Shown: positions 10,700 through 20,172 of the stretch, in pieces
Position numbering within the stretch: the first letter of the stretch is position 1
Layout of the letters: each line of letters opens with the position of its first letter
Source: Hyphococcus sp.
GTDB lineage: Bacteria > Pseudomonadota > Alphaproteobacteria > Caulobacterales > Parvularculaceae
Direction of reading: 5' to 3'
NCBI GenBank assembly: GCA_028285645.1
Contig: JANQOV010000021.1
Span: forward strand, 696 to 64,695
DNA: 64,000 nucleotides
Notes under the pieces: model-generated
Told to the model about the DNA's origin: nothing
Databases searched by the model: none
Seen by the model: only the letters and a program-made list of their open reading frames with translations
Translations under genes and position numbers: made by a program

Positions 10700-13123
10700 T
10701 TAGAAGCGGTATTTCGCGCTCACGCCCCATTGTCGACCACGCGCGGGATAACCGGTCGCAACGCGAGTGCTTCCCACGACAATAACGTTGAAGTATTCCT
10801 CGTCTGTCAGGTTTGTCCCGAAAGCCGATACTTCAAAATTGTCGTTCGCCGTTATCAGCGTTAAACGCGCGCCAAGGAGCCCGTAAGATTCCTGCAATGA
10901 AAGCGGGTCTTCATTGCGTTGATGGAAAAACTCGTCCGTCCAGCTATAGTCAACACGACTGCGCAATGATCCGAAACCCGGCAACTCTAACGTGTGCTGA
11001 GCTGCTGCGACAAATGAAAACTCTGGCGTCTTCGAAAGCTTTGTACCCTCAACAAAGCCGGCGGCTGCTGCAGCCGCATCAACATTTTTAAGCTCGCTAT
11101 CTGAATAGCCTCCCGACAATATGATATCGATACTGTCCGTAGGTTTCGCGACGAACTCAACCTCAGCGCCGTAAATCTCGGCATCGCCAGCGTTGTCGAA
11201 TTGGACAATTGCACCTGCTGGAGAGACTTCGACGAATTGAAGCTGAACGTCAGAGTAATCATTGTAGAAAAATGCTGCATTTAGCCGTGCGCGACCATCA
11301 GCAAAGGTTGTTTTGAAGCCAGCCTCATAAGTCCACAACCGTTCAGGCTCCACCGGAACGACAAACCCTTGAGACAATGAGCGCCCATTAAAGGTGCCGC
11401 TCTTGAAACCTCGCGACGCCGATACATAAAGCAGTACGTCATCGATAGGCTCAAAGTTTAAACTAACGCGCGGCGTAACCGAAAACCAATCGTCGGATAC
11501 GGTGGTTTCAGGCACGGCCGGTATTCCACTCGCCAACCGGGTGAGCGAAGTCGTGAACTCTTTTTCTTCGTAAGAAAGTCTAACGCCAGCTTCCAATGAG
11601 AACGCTTCGCTGAAAGAATATACGCCGTGCACAAAACCAGCGTAGTTCGTAACGTCGATCTCGCTCATTGTTAGTAGGTTTGTATCAAGACCAAAGTTGG
11701 CGGGATTGCCTGCGCAACCTGGCGGTCCCGGTATTGGCGCGACAGCGCAGGGAAGTGTAATGATATTGATCGCCGAGTATTCGAGTGCGTCATAGCGGTC
11801 AGCGAAGATCAAATTGGTTGTTGTGTCGTCAGCATTCTCTTTAAAGAAAAAGAGACCGGCCAACCACTCAAGGTCGCCCGTGTCGCCGATGAACTGCAAC
11901 TCTTGGCTGAACTGCCATTGACTGATGTCTGCATCGATCGATGAAATCGGGTGAACGGTTGCGTCATTGTCAGCATTGAATTCGACATCGAGCGCCCTGT
12001 AGCCAGTGATCGACTTAACGGTGAGTGATTCCGAAGCAGCCCAGTCAATCGTGCTGGAAAAGCCCCACACCGTTGACATGTCCGATCCAACGACACTTGA
12101 CGAATTCACACTCGGATCAGTTGCAATCAGATCTGCACTCGAAAGTATCGGCGGCGGCGTGGGCGTAATAGTCGGACGCAGAATCTGATTGTACCCAACA
12201 AGGAAGAAGAGACCTGGCGGCTGAATGAGATTTCCGCCGGGTCCCGGAACTGCCGTGAATTCGGCTGGATCAACATCGGTGACAAAGGAATGGGCTGGCG
12301 CCGTGTCTTCGTGGCGGACGTCCGCTGTGAGCCTAATGGTCAAGTCTGCAGAGGGTTCCCAAAGTAGCTGGCCAAGTATCGTATAGTTGTTGTCATCGCC
12401 GAATTCTTGACCTGTGACGCTGGATACTCCGAAGCCGTCTCTGTTGATCCAGTGCCCAGCAACGCGAGCAGCAAGGCCCTCTGACAGTGGAACATTTATC
12501 GCTCCGTTAAGCTCATACCGTTCATCCGAGCCTACAATGCCTTCGATATAGCCTTCGAATTCATCAGTCGGTTTGTTCAACACAACATTGATGGCGCCCC
12601 CAACAGTATTTCGGCCAAATAGAGTTCCCTGGGGCCCGCGAAGCACATCGACCTGCGCAACATCTGTGATATCGAGAACGCCGCCGGTTGCTCGGCCCAG
12701 ATAAACTCCATCAGTGTAAATTCCAACGCCCGGATCGGCGACGATTAGGAAGTCCTGTTGGCCAACGCCGCGAATGAAGACCTGCGCCGAGTTAGCGCCG
12801 CCAGGCTCAGTTGCATTGTTAAATGTGAGATTTGGCGTAAATTCTCCAATGTTCGACAAGTTCTCAACAGATCTCGCCGCGAGATCCTCGCCAGTAAACG
12901 CAGTGATGGAAACCGGCGCATCTTGGATGCCTTCTTCACGTTTACGCGCTGTAACGACAATCTGCTCGACACGGCTGCCGCTTTCAGCCGCTTCATCTGA
13001 CTGCGCCAATGTTGGATTACTCGGAGCCATCGCCGCGGTAAGCGCAATCATCGATGCTCCAAAGATACGGTGATTTCGGCGGCGCACCTCAGCGCGGCGC
13101 AGTGACTTGGTGTTCCTACTCAT
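10700..13123 (-). CDS. TonB-dependent receptor
   Basis: Start MSRN after GGGAGG; signal peptide; IVVTARKREE, VLRGPQGTLFGRN, C-terminal YRF. Confidence 0.93.
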   Translation of the reverse strand: MSRNTKSLRRAEVRRRNHRIFGASMIALTAAMAPSNPTLAQSDEAAESGSRVEQIVVTARKREEGIQDAPVSITAFTGEDLAARSVENLSNIGEFTPNLTFNNATEPGGANSAQVFIRGVGQQDFLIVADPGVGIYTDGVYLGRATGGVLDITDVAQVDVLRGPQGTLFGRNTVGGAINVVLNKPTDEFEGYIEGIVGSDERYELNGAINVPLSEGLAARVAGHWINRDGFGVSSVTGQEFGDDNNYTILGQLLWEPSADLTIRLTADVRHEDTAPAHSFVTDVDPAEFTAVPGPGGNLIQPPGLFFLVGYNQILRPTITPTPPPILSSADLIATDPSVNSSSVVGSDMSTVWGFSSTIDWAASESLTVKSITGYRALDVEFNADNDATVHPISSIDADISQWQFSQELQFIGDTGDLEWLAGLFFFKENADDTTTNLIFADRYDALEYSAINIITLPCAVAPIPGPPGCAGNPANFGLDTNLLTMSEIDVTNYAGFVHGVYSFSEAFSLEAGVRLSYEEKEFTTSLTRLASGIPAVPETTVSDDWFSVTPRVSLNFEPIDDVLLYVSASRGFKSGTFNGRSLSQGFVVPVEPERLWTYEAGFKTTFADGRARLNAAFFYNDYSDVQLQFVEVSPAGAIVQFDNAGDAEIYGAEVEFVAKPTDSIDIILSGGYSDSELKNVDAAAAAAGFVEGTKLSKTPEFSFVAAAQHTLELPGFGSLRSRVDYSWTDEFFHQRNEDPLSLQESYGLLGARLTLITANDNFEVSAFGTNLTDEEYFNVIVVGSTRVATGYPARGRQWGVSAKYRF

Positions 13124-13266
13124 TTTTCCCTCCCGAACGCCTGGTTTCTCGGTGATTTTCCCGAATTCGCGAATGCTTACACTTCCAATTGCGTTGGTGA
13201 TTTTCTCGCGCAACGCTTCGCGATAACATTCACTCTATCTTTTTCTTCCATATTTGGCTACTACTT

Positions 13267-13277
13267 TTGTAGGACAA
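13267..13277. promoter_or_regulatory. Putative GntR-family operator TTGTAGGACAA between divergent TBDR and MFS operons
   Basis: Exact copy of the pobA-promoter motif in an AT-rich divergent intergenic region. Confidence 0.7.
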
Positions 13278-13310
13278 TTTTATTAACGATCACAACTGGG
13301 ACGGAAACCA

Positions 13311-14609
13311 TTGAAATCAGGAGATAAATTAGTTGGCAATCAACGCGAGTCGAGGGAATTACTCGTCATCGGGACGCTGTTGTATGTGACACTTCTTACG
13401 ATCTGGAGTCCGTCTGCGGTCGCGAGCGCCCTGCCCCAGATTAGAGCGCACTTCGCTGATCTTCCGAACGCCGATGTTCTGTCACGCATGGCGCTAACGT
13501 TTCCTGCGCTTTTTATCGCCATCACAGCGCCGATAGCAGGATGGCTCATGGACCGTGTTGGAAGAAAGCCAGTGATGCTTGGCGCTGTTATTCTCTACGC
13601 TGTTGCGGGGCCTGCGGGGCTGTATGTTGAAACATTGCCGCAATTGCTCTTTGCACGAGCGTTGTTGGGAATTGCGATTGGCGGTTCCATGACGGCAGTG
13701 ATCACACTTGTTGGTGACTACTTCTCTGGAGACAAGCGCACTCGGGTAATGGGGGCCCAATCCGCAGCACTCGAATTTGGCGCAGTTGCATTTACACTGA
13801 TCGCTGGCGCATTAGCCGTATACGGATGGCGCACGCCCTTCTTGATTTATCTGTTGACCATTCCATTAATCCCGCTTGTATATTTCGTAATCAATGAGCC
13901 AGAGCTCAGCAGCAACCCCGGAAAGAACGGTAGCGCGAGCAAGAATTCAAAAGAAGGTTTCCCAGTCACCGCGCTCCTTGCCTACGCCATTGGCGCAATC
14001 GGGATGAGCGGACTTTTTCTACTACCAGTGCATCTCCCGTTTCTGATTGCAAATAAACTCGCAACACCCAATCCGTTTCTTATTTCTGTCGCCATTAGCG
14101 TTTCTACGCTTTTCGCAGGTATTAGCGCCACGCTTTATCACCGGATAAAAACAAGGGTGTCGATTCGCGCATTATTTGTTCCTTGTTTTGTTCTGATGGC
14201 GGTTGGCTATGCGGTGTTCGGTTTCGCCCAATACTATTGGATGGTCTTAGTGGGCGCCGCCTTTGCAGGCGCCGGCATCGGCATCTTCCTGCCAAATATC
14301 AACATGTGGGTCGTAACTATGGCGCCGCCGCATATGCGCGGCCGCGTTGTGTCCGGATTAATGTCGGCCGTTTTTTTAGGACAGTTTTCCACTCCCCTGC
14401 TGTCAACGCCGATTGCCCGCTCCGCAGGAATTGATCAGATGTTCTTCTTGGCGAGCATTGCAGCGCTAGGCATTGCAGGCGCATTCGCCGTCGCGGCGAT
14501 GCGCGCGCCCGACTCCGCACAGCAAACATCAGCTCCTAGCGGCGGAGGACCAAACCTCAATCCGAAATCACCCAACACAACGACCGAAAAGTCATCAACA
14601 GCGAGCTAG
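13311..14609 (+). CDS. MFS transporter
   Basis: Motif A GWLMDRVGRK; about 12 hydrophobic segments; TTG start uncertain. Confidence 0.88.
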   Translation: MKSGDKLVGNQRESRELLVIGTLLYVTLLTIWSPSAVASALPQIRAHFADLPNADVLSRMALTFPALFIAITAPIAGWLMDRVGRKPVMLGAVILYAVAGPAGLYVETLPQLLFARALLGIAIGGSMTAVITLVGDYFSGDKRTRVMGAQSAALEFGAVAFTLIAGALAVYGWRTPFLIYLLTIPLIPLVYFVINEPELSSNPGKNGSASKNSKEGFPVTALLAYAIGAIGMSGLFLLPVHLPFLIANKLATPNPFLISVAISVSTLFAGISATLYHRIKTRVSIRALFVPCFVLMAVGYAVFGFAQYYWMVLVGAAFAGAGIGIFLPNINMWVVTMAPPHMRGRVVSGLMSAVFLGQFSTPLLSTPIARSAGIDQMFFLASIAALGIAGAFAVAAMRAPDSAQQTSAPSGGGPNLNPKSPNTTTEKSSTAS

Positions 14610-14613
14610 AACA

Positions 14614-16221
14614 ATGCGAACTCTCAATACCGAAGTACTTATTGTCGGCGGCGGACCGGTAGGACTAGCAGCGTCAGCGTTTTTGTCTGACCTTGGTATC
14701 CGATCGATTGTCGTTGAACGAAACGAAACAACCGCCCGTCATCCGAAAGCGCGCGGCATTAACGCCCGCGCCATGGAACTCTTGCGGCAGATTGGCTGCG
14801 AACACTTGCTTAGAAACGCCGCCGAGCCGGTTGAACTGATTAGCGCCTTTGCAACAGGCGATCATTTAGATGCGGACAACTTCCGTCGCATTCCTTTTGG
14901 CGCGGCGGATCTCACACAAACCGATTTGTCGCCGGCGCCAGGAGTCGTTACGTCGCAGGACGTCGTTGAAGAAATTATCTTCAACTGCGCCAAAGCAAAA
15001 GCGCATACGGACATTCGGTTTCGCGCCGAAATGACATCCTTTGAACAATCGGATGACGCCGTAACGGCGCAAATTCGCGATCACTATCTCGGCAAATATG
15101 AAATCAAAGCACCATATATGATCGCCGCCGACGGAGCGCGGAGTTCAATCCGAAAAGCACTCGATTCGCCCTTACGCGGCAGCGAGCCTTTGCGGCATAA
15201 CCTCAACGTCATGTTCGAGGCGCCGCTCGCAGACAAGTTGGAGGCGCTCAAAGTCGCCTTCATAGTCATTCGAGAGGGCGGGCGGATGTCTATCCTTTCA
15301 GGTCGTCCTACTGGCCGCAATGAAAATCAATGGACATTTAACATTCAGCTCGCACCAGGCGAGAGCCCGGAGGATTTCCCTGAAGAGAAACTGCTCACAA
15401 TGATCCGAAATGCAACGAATCAGGAAAATCTGGAAATTGTCATAAATAACATTGCCCCGTGGACTGCAACGGCGCAGGTAGCGGAACGACTAAAAGTCGG
15501 GCGAACATTCCTTGTCGGCGACGCTGCGCATTTGATGCCGCCCGCCGGCGCTCTTGGAATGAATACAGGCCTGCAAGACGTTCAAAATGTGACTTGGAAA
15601 TTAGCAGGTTCGCTTAAAGGATGGGCAGGTGATAAATTACTCGAAACTTATCACGCTGAACGCTACCCTATCTGCGATTTCACCGTCAACGCAGCCAAAG
15701 GAAACTTAAAGAAGCTTGAGACAGAATCGGGCCGAGCGGACATGTGGGGTGGAAGCCAACAAGGCGTCATCTTGGGGTTTCGATATGAATCACCGGCGGT
15801 GATCTGTGATGGATCGCCGATTGAAGAGCCAGAAAATACGTACTCTGATTACCTGCCTTCCGGTCGGCCTGGCGGGCGGGCGCCGCACATGCCATTGCGC
15901 GGCCAATCCGGCGCATCAACTCTCGACTACTTTGGAGGGAAATTTGTGTTGCTTGCAGGCGCTCTAGGTAAAGAATGGCGCTCCGCAGTTCGCAATCTGT
16001 CTTCTAGCCTCGGCGCACCGATTGCCTGCTTTGTAGCGGGTGAAGATATGGAATTTGCTGCGGACACGAACGCCTTCCACACACTTTACGGCATCTCACC
16101 GAATGGCGCAGTCCTAGTCCGACCGGACGGATTTGTAGGCTGGCGGTCTGCGCAATCGCCTGACGAACCCGAAGCCGCCTTAAAGACAGCGATCACTGAT
16201 ATACTTTCAATCGGCCGTTGA
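14614..16221 (+). CDS. FAD-dependent aromatic monooxygenase (PheA/TfdB/RdmE-like)
   Basis: VGGGPVG, ADGARS, GDAAH..PPAGALGMNTG, PGGRAPH, LVRPDG. Confidence 0.88.
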   Translation: MRTLNTEVLIVGGGPVGLAASAFLSDLGIRSIVVERNETTARHPKARGINARAMELLRQIGCEHLLRNAAEPVELISAFATGDHLDADNFRRIPFGAADLTQTDLSPAPGVVTSQDVVEEIIFNCAKAKAHTDIRFRAEMTSFEQSDDAVTAQIRDHYLGKYEIKAPYMIAADGARSSIRKALDSPLRGSEPLRHNLNVMFEAPLADKLEALKVAFIVIREGGRMSILSGRPTGRNENQWTFNIQLAPGESPEDFPEEKLLTMIRNATNQENLEIVINNIAPWTATAQVAERLKVGRTFLVGDAAHLMPPAGALGMNTGLQDVQNVTWKLAGSLKGWAGDKLLETYHAERYPICDFTVNAAKGNLKKLETESGRADMWGGSQQGVILGFRYESPAVICDGSPIEEPENTYSDYLPSGRPGGRAPHMPLRGQSGASTLDYFGGKFVLLAGALGKEWRSAVRNLSSSLGAPIACFVAGEDMEFAADTNAFHTLYGISPNGAVLVRPDGFVGWRSAQSPDEPEAALKTAITDILSIGR

Positions 16222-16342
16222 TGGAGGCTTATCATTTCGCGCCCACGCGCAGTTGACCCGATCATAGATGCCCACTTAACTAAAGGGAGACGTAAAACTG
16301 AGTTTCGCAAAAGTTTCACATCAGACAGGCGCGCGCGCGAAA

Positions 16343-17032
16343 ATGAAGAGGCCGGCAAAAACCAAGAAATCCGGCGCGACGAGCGCCGCCACAGCGACAG
16401 AGCGCATATTAGAGCTGCTGCGTGAGGGTATAAAGTCGGGCCGTTATGCGCCGGGCCAGCGATTGCGCGAAACCGACCTTGTAGAAGAACTCGCGTATAG
16501 CAAAGGGCCGATCCGTGAAGCAATGCAGGCGCTTTCTCGGGACGGCCTCGTTCAAATCGAACCCCATCGCGGGTTTGTTGTGCGCCGTTTATCTCGTGCT
16601 GACATAGAAGACATATATGAACTCCTTGAGCCGCTTGCGGGCGTAGCAGCAAGCGGCGCCGCAAAAGCTGTCGCCAGTGGAGTAAGCGCGCGGCCATTGC
16701 GTAGTGCGTTGAACAAGATAAGTACGGCGGCAAAGAGCGGCAATATCGCAGGGTTTATGGAGGCGGTGGACGCATGGCGAAAGGTGCTCGATCAGCTCGG
16801 TGGCAACAAGCAATTGCCCAAAATTATCTCTCAACTCCGCGTACCAATGTTTCGATTACAGGTTAGGAGTTTCATTCGAGTCAGCGAAATGCCGTTGGCT
16901 GTGGGAGCATACCAGTCAATAACGGAAGCCATTGCGGCTGGCGACGCCAAAGCCGCGGAACGTGCGATTCGCAAGCACGTGCGAACAACTGCGAAAAGTA
17001 TCCAGGAACTCCCGGACGAACTTTTTGAATAG
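16343..17032 (+). CDS. GntR-family regulator (FCD domain)
   Basis: PGQRLRE..L, SKGPIREA, GD...AE.A.R.H. Confidence 0.9.
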   Translation: MKRPAKTKKSGATSAATATERILELLREGIKSGRYAPGQRLRETDLVEELAYSKGPIREAMQALSRDGLVQIEPHRGFVVRRLSRADIEDIYELLEPLAGVAASGAAKAVASGVSARPLRSALNKISTAAKSGNIAGFMEAVDAWRKVLDQLGGNKQLPKIISQLRVPMFRLQVRSFIRVSEMPLAVGAYQSITEAIAAGDAKAAERAIRKHVRTTAKSIQELPDELFE

Positions 17033-17071
17033 GGTGCACACCAAAGCTGTCATTCAATTGCAGAGCCAAGC

Positions 17072-17734
17072 ATGATCGATCTTTATAGCTGGGGCACGCC
17101 GAATGGATGGAAGGCGTCTATCGCACTGGAAGAACTCGAACTTGAATATACATTATATCCTGTGAGTCTCATCAAAGGCGTGCAGAAGGACGCTAGTTTT
17201 CTGAAGCTCAACCCGAACGGCCGCATACCCGTCATCGTCGATCAAGATGAAGATAAATTTGTTGTCTTTGAATCGGGTGCAATACTAATATATCTCGCGG
17301 AAAAAACCGGCCGGCTGTTGCCGCCGACGATGAAAGCCCGTTCGGAAGTGCTGCAATGGCTCATGTTTCAAATGAGCGGTGTTGGTCCAATGATGGGCCA
17401 GGCGGGCGTCTTTAAGACCTTTTTCCCTGAAAAAATTCCATCCGTCATTGCTCGATATGAAAAAGAAAGCCGGCGATTGCTGAGTATTTTGGATGGGCGG
17501 TTATTGGACCGCGAATATCTTTGCGGTGACTTTTCGATTGCGGATATCGCCACTTGGCCGTGGGCGCGCACATATCGCATGTTGGAATTTTCGATCGACG
17601 ATTTTCCGAATCTTTCTCGCTGGCTTAATCAGATGGCGGGAAGGCCTGCGTGTCAACGCGGCATCGAACGACCGCCCTTTACGCCGCCCTCCAATGAGAA
17701 AAATGGCGCAAACTCAGACATTGTCATTCGGTGA
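17072..17734 (+). CDS. Glutathione S-transferase, Nu class (YfcG-like)
   Basis: TPNG motif, NPNGRIP, FESGAIL, WLMFQM.GVGP. Confidence 0.88.
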   Translation: MIDLYSWGTPNGWKASIALEELELEYTLYPVSLIKGVQKDASFLKLNPNGRIPVIVDQDEDKFVVFESGAILIYLAEKTGRLLPPTMKARSEVLQWLMFQMSGVGPMMGQAGVFKTFFPEKIPSVIARYEKESRRLLSILDGRLLDREYLCGDFSIADIATWPWARTYRMLEFSIDDFPNLSRWLNQMAGRPACQRGIERPPFTPPSNEKNGANSDIVIR

Positions 17735-18421
17735 AGAAGCGCGGGCCTTGAAATAGCTATCCGGAAGATCCTGAACAAGTTGTCTCGACCGTCGAATGTG
17801 CCGCCGCATGGCTGCATCAGCGCCGTCTGGATCGCCGGCACGCACTGCTTTCATAATCTCTCCGTGTTCCTTGTGTGACGCTTTAATAGCAGCAAGGTCT
17901 ATGCTCGTGCCGAATAGCATCCTCACTACGGGTGTTTGCAAGGTACGAATGAGCGGTGGCAGATGGGAGTTTGCAGAGATTTCAACCAATAGATCGTGAA
18001 AGTCGTTGTTGAGCATCACATAGCGAGCGAGCGCACCGTCCTTCATTGCCGATTGCATTTCTGCCCATAGCGAAACGAGCTTATTCTCCGCACTGGATTT
18101 TTTTTTGAGATTTTGCGCTGCAAGCCGCGCCGAAAGCGCCTCAAGCACTTCCCTAACGTCGTAAAGGCTCAATACTTCATCCCGCGTGAGACGCCGAATC
18201 TTTGCACCTCGATGATGCTGAATTTCCACAAGGCCCTCTGCCGCGAGTCGCCGCAACGCTTCGCGGACAGTGCCCCGACTGACGGAAAGTTCGTCGGTGA
18301 TATCAGCTTCAACAAGTCTTTGCCCCGGCATGAATTGTCCATTCCGAACGCCGTCCCGTATGCTATCGACAACAATTTCGACAGCCGACTTCGTTTCACT
18401 ATAGGCTTCTGCAACGGCCAT
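17714..18421 (-). CDS. GntR-family regulator (FCD domain)
   Basis: PGQRLVE, VSRGTVREAL, NNDFH, EH..I, MRRH; likely start MAVAE at 18421. Confidence 0.9.
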   Translation of the reverse strand: MAVAEAYSETKSAVEIVVDSIRDGVRNGQFMPGQRLVEADITDELSVSRGTVREALRRLAAEGLVEIQHHRGAKIRRLTRDEVLSLYDVREVLEALSARLAAQNLKKKSSAENKLVSLWAEMQSAMKDGALARYVMLNNDFHDLLVEISANSHLPPLIRTLQTPVVRMLFGTSIDLAAIKASHKEHGEIMKAVRAGDPDGADAAMRRHIRRSRQLVQDLPDSYFKARASSPNDNV

Positions 18422-18532
18422 TTGAGCGCCCTCATTTGCAATTTCATATAAGAATTGGCCGACGCGCACCGACAGTCAATCGCTCAGGCGTCAAGAATTC
18501 GATGTTGCGCCCCCCAATTTCTTCTGCTATTT

Positions 18533-18543
18533 TTGTCGGACAA
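18533..18543. promoter_or_regulatory. Putative GntR-family operator TTGTCGGACAA between divergent gntR and CMD genes
   Basis: One-base variant of the recurring motif, located next to a gntR gene (autoregulation-like). Confidence 0.65.
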
Positions 18544-18589
18544 TTTAATCTTCCGGGCGCCACTGCGCCTAGCAAACGGGAGTATGCGA

Positions 18590-19192
18590 ATGGCGCGACT
18601 TGAACCCCTGCCCGTGAGGGCTTTGCCAGACCTCGGCCCTGAACTCGAAGCCAAGTTCAAAAAAATGGCAAGCGAGGTTGGATTCATACCAAATAGTTTT
18701 CGAACGATGGCGCGCCGGCCCGAGCAACTAAAAGCATTCGCCAACCTCTGCGTCACTATGTATCTAACGTCGACGCTGCCGCGCGATCTCGTCGCGATGG
18801 TTTCGCAACTGGCAAGTTTGGCCTCTGGGTGCCGCTACTGTCAGGCACATACATTTGACGACATGAAAATGTCAGGTGTATCGAAACAAAAGCAGGACGC
18901 CATCTGGACATTCGAAACGAGCCCCCTTTTCACAGAAAAGGAAAAGGCGGCAATGCGTGTTGCGCTTGGCGGCGGCGCCGCCCCGAACGCCGTGACGGAC
19001 GAGGATGTTGAAGTGCTTAAACAGCACTTTTCCGACGATGAGATTGTAGAGATCGTCGGTTGGATTTCGCTTTTCGGCTATCTCAATCGGTGGAACGACA
19101 CCTTAGCGACAACATTGGAAGATCAGCCAAAATCCGCCGCAGTAAATGGCCTTGCTCAACAAGGCTGGGAAGCGGGCAAACACGCCGAGTGA
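18590..19192 (+). CDS. Carboxymuconolactone decarboxylase/AhpD-family protein
   Basis: GFIPNS, GCRYCQAH (CxxC), FSDDEIVEI; SD GGGAG before ATG 18590. Confidence 0.85.
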   Translation: MARLEPLPVRALPDLGPELEAKFKKMASEVGFIPNSFRTMARRPEQLKAFANLCVTMYLTSTLPRDLVAMVSQLASLASGCRYCQAHTFDDMKMSGVSKQKQDAIWTFETSPLFTEKEKAAMRVALGGGAAPNAVTDEDVEVLKQHFSDDEIVEIVGWISLFGYLNRWNDTLATTLEDQPKSAAVNGLAQQGWEAGKHAE

Positions 19193-19228
19193 AGGCGCAC
19201 CATCATTCTATTTTTTAGCCCCGCAGGT

Positions 19229-20107
19229 TTAGTGCGACTTTGCACTAGGCGCATACTCATCACGTAGCCAGGGCAGACCGATTTTGAAAAGAAGCGACTC
19301 CTCTGCTGCCACAAAAACGCCCGTTTCGCCAGCCTCAACCTGCATTGCGGTTTCTGGTTTCCAGCGCTCGCCGTTCAGCGCGCCGGCGCCTTCCAGCACA
19401 TAGTAAAGCGAACCAGCGTTCTCGTCTTGGTAGTCGCGATACTCTGCGCCTTCTGCAAGTCTAACGAAACCGGCTGACAATTCATATTCCGAAAAAACGC
19501 CAAGACGCTTCAGTTCAACACCTTTGGCGCCGCGTAGCGTCGTCCAATTGTAGTTTTCCGGATTCATCAAAACCGGTCTCTGATAACGCGGCTCTGAGAA
19601 TTTAACCTTTGTCTTCGCCCAGTTTTCCCAGATTGCTTGGTGACTATCGATTGTCTGCTCGCGCCCGCTTTTGTCAGTGTAGGTTACGATACCCTTGTTG
19701 AATTCATATCCACGTTCGCGCAAGTCGCGTTCGCTCTCAACGAAACCCTCTTGTGGCATATAGCCTTGCTTACCGCCGGCGCCAATCTGCAACAGGAGCG
19801 TTAAAGACGGCCCTTCACCACGCTGCGTGTAATAGGTACCCTCGGGAAAATACCCGACGCTGCCTGCATGTTGTACGTCTTCTTCGCTTTCGCCGAAGCC
19901 AAAAGATCCTTCGAGAATGAATCTTATCTGGTCAAAGTTATGACGATGCGTTGGGGCGGCGTAATCATCCCGCACCTTCACCAGGAAAAGGTGGAAATTA
20001 TCGGGCGCCTCCGCATCACCATAGAGCAGCCTTTTGAAATCCGGGCTTTTTCCGCGATGCTCAGAAAAGACAATCCATTGCATTTCAGTGGAATCGACAA
20101 TTTTCAC
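19229..20107 (-). CDS. Hypothetical cupin-fold protein
   Basis: PTHRHNFDQIRFILEG, YFPEG.YY; second cupin-like half YVLEGAG; GTG start after GGAG. Confidence 0.6.
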   Translation of the reverse strand: MKIVDSTEMQWIVFSEHRGKSPDFKRLLYGDAEAPDNFHLFLVKVRDDYAAPTHRHNFDQIRFILEGSFGFGESEEDVQHAGSVGYFPEGTYYTQRGEGPSLTLLLQIGAGGKQGYMPQEGFVESERDLRERGYEFNKGIVTYTDKSGREQTIDSHQAIWENWAKTKVKFSEPRYQRPVLMNPENYNWTTLRGAKGVELKRLGVFSEYELSAGFVRLAEGAEYRDYQDENAGSLYYVLEGAGALNGERWKPETAMQVEAGETGVFVAAEESLLFKIGLPWLRDEYAPSAKSH

Positions 20108-20172
20108 CGCAATATCTCCGTCGTTCGGCAGGCGGCGACGCACTGCCGCGGCAGCATTTTTCGCCACTATTA

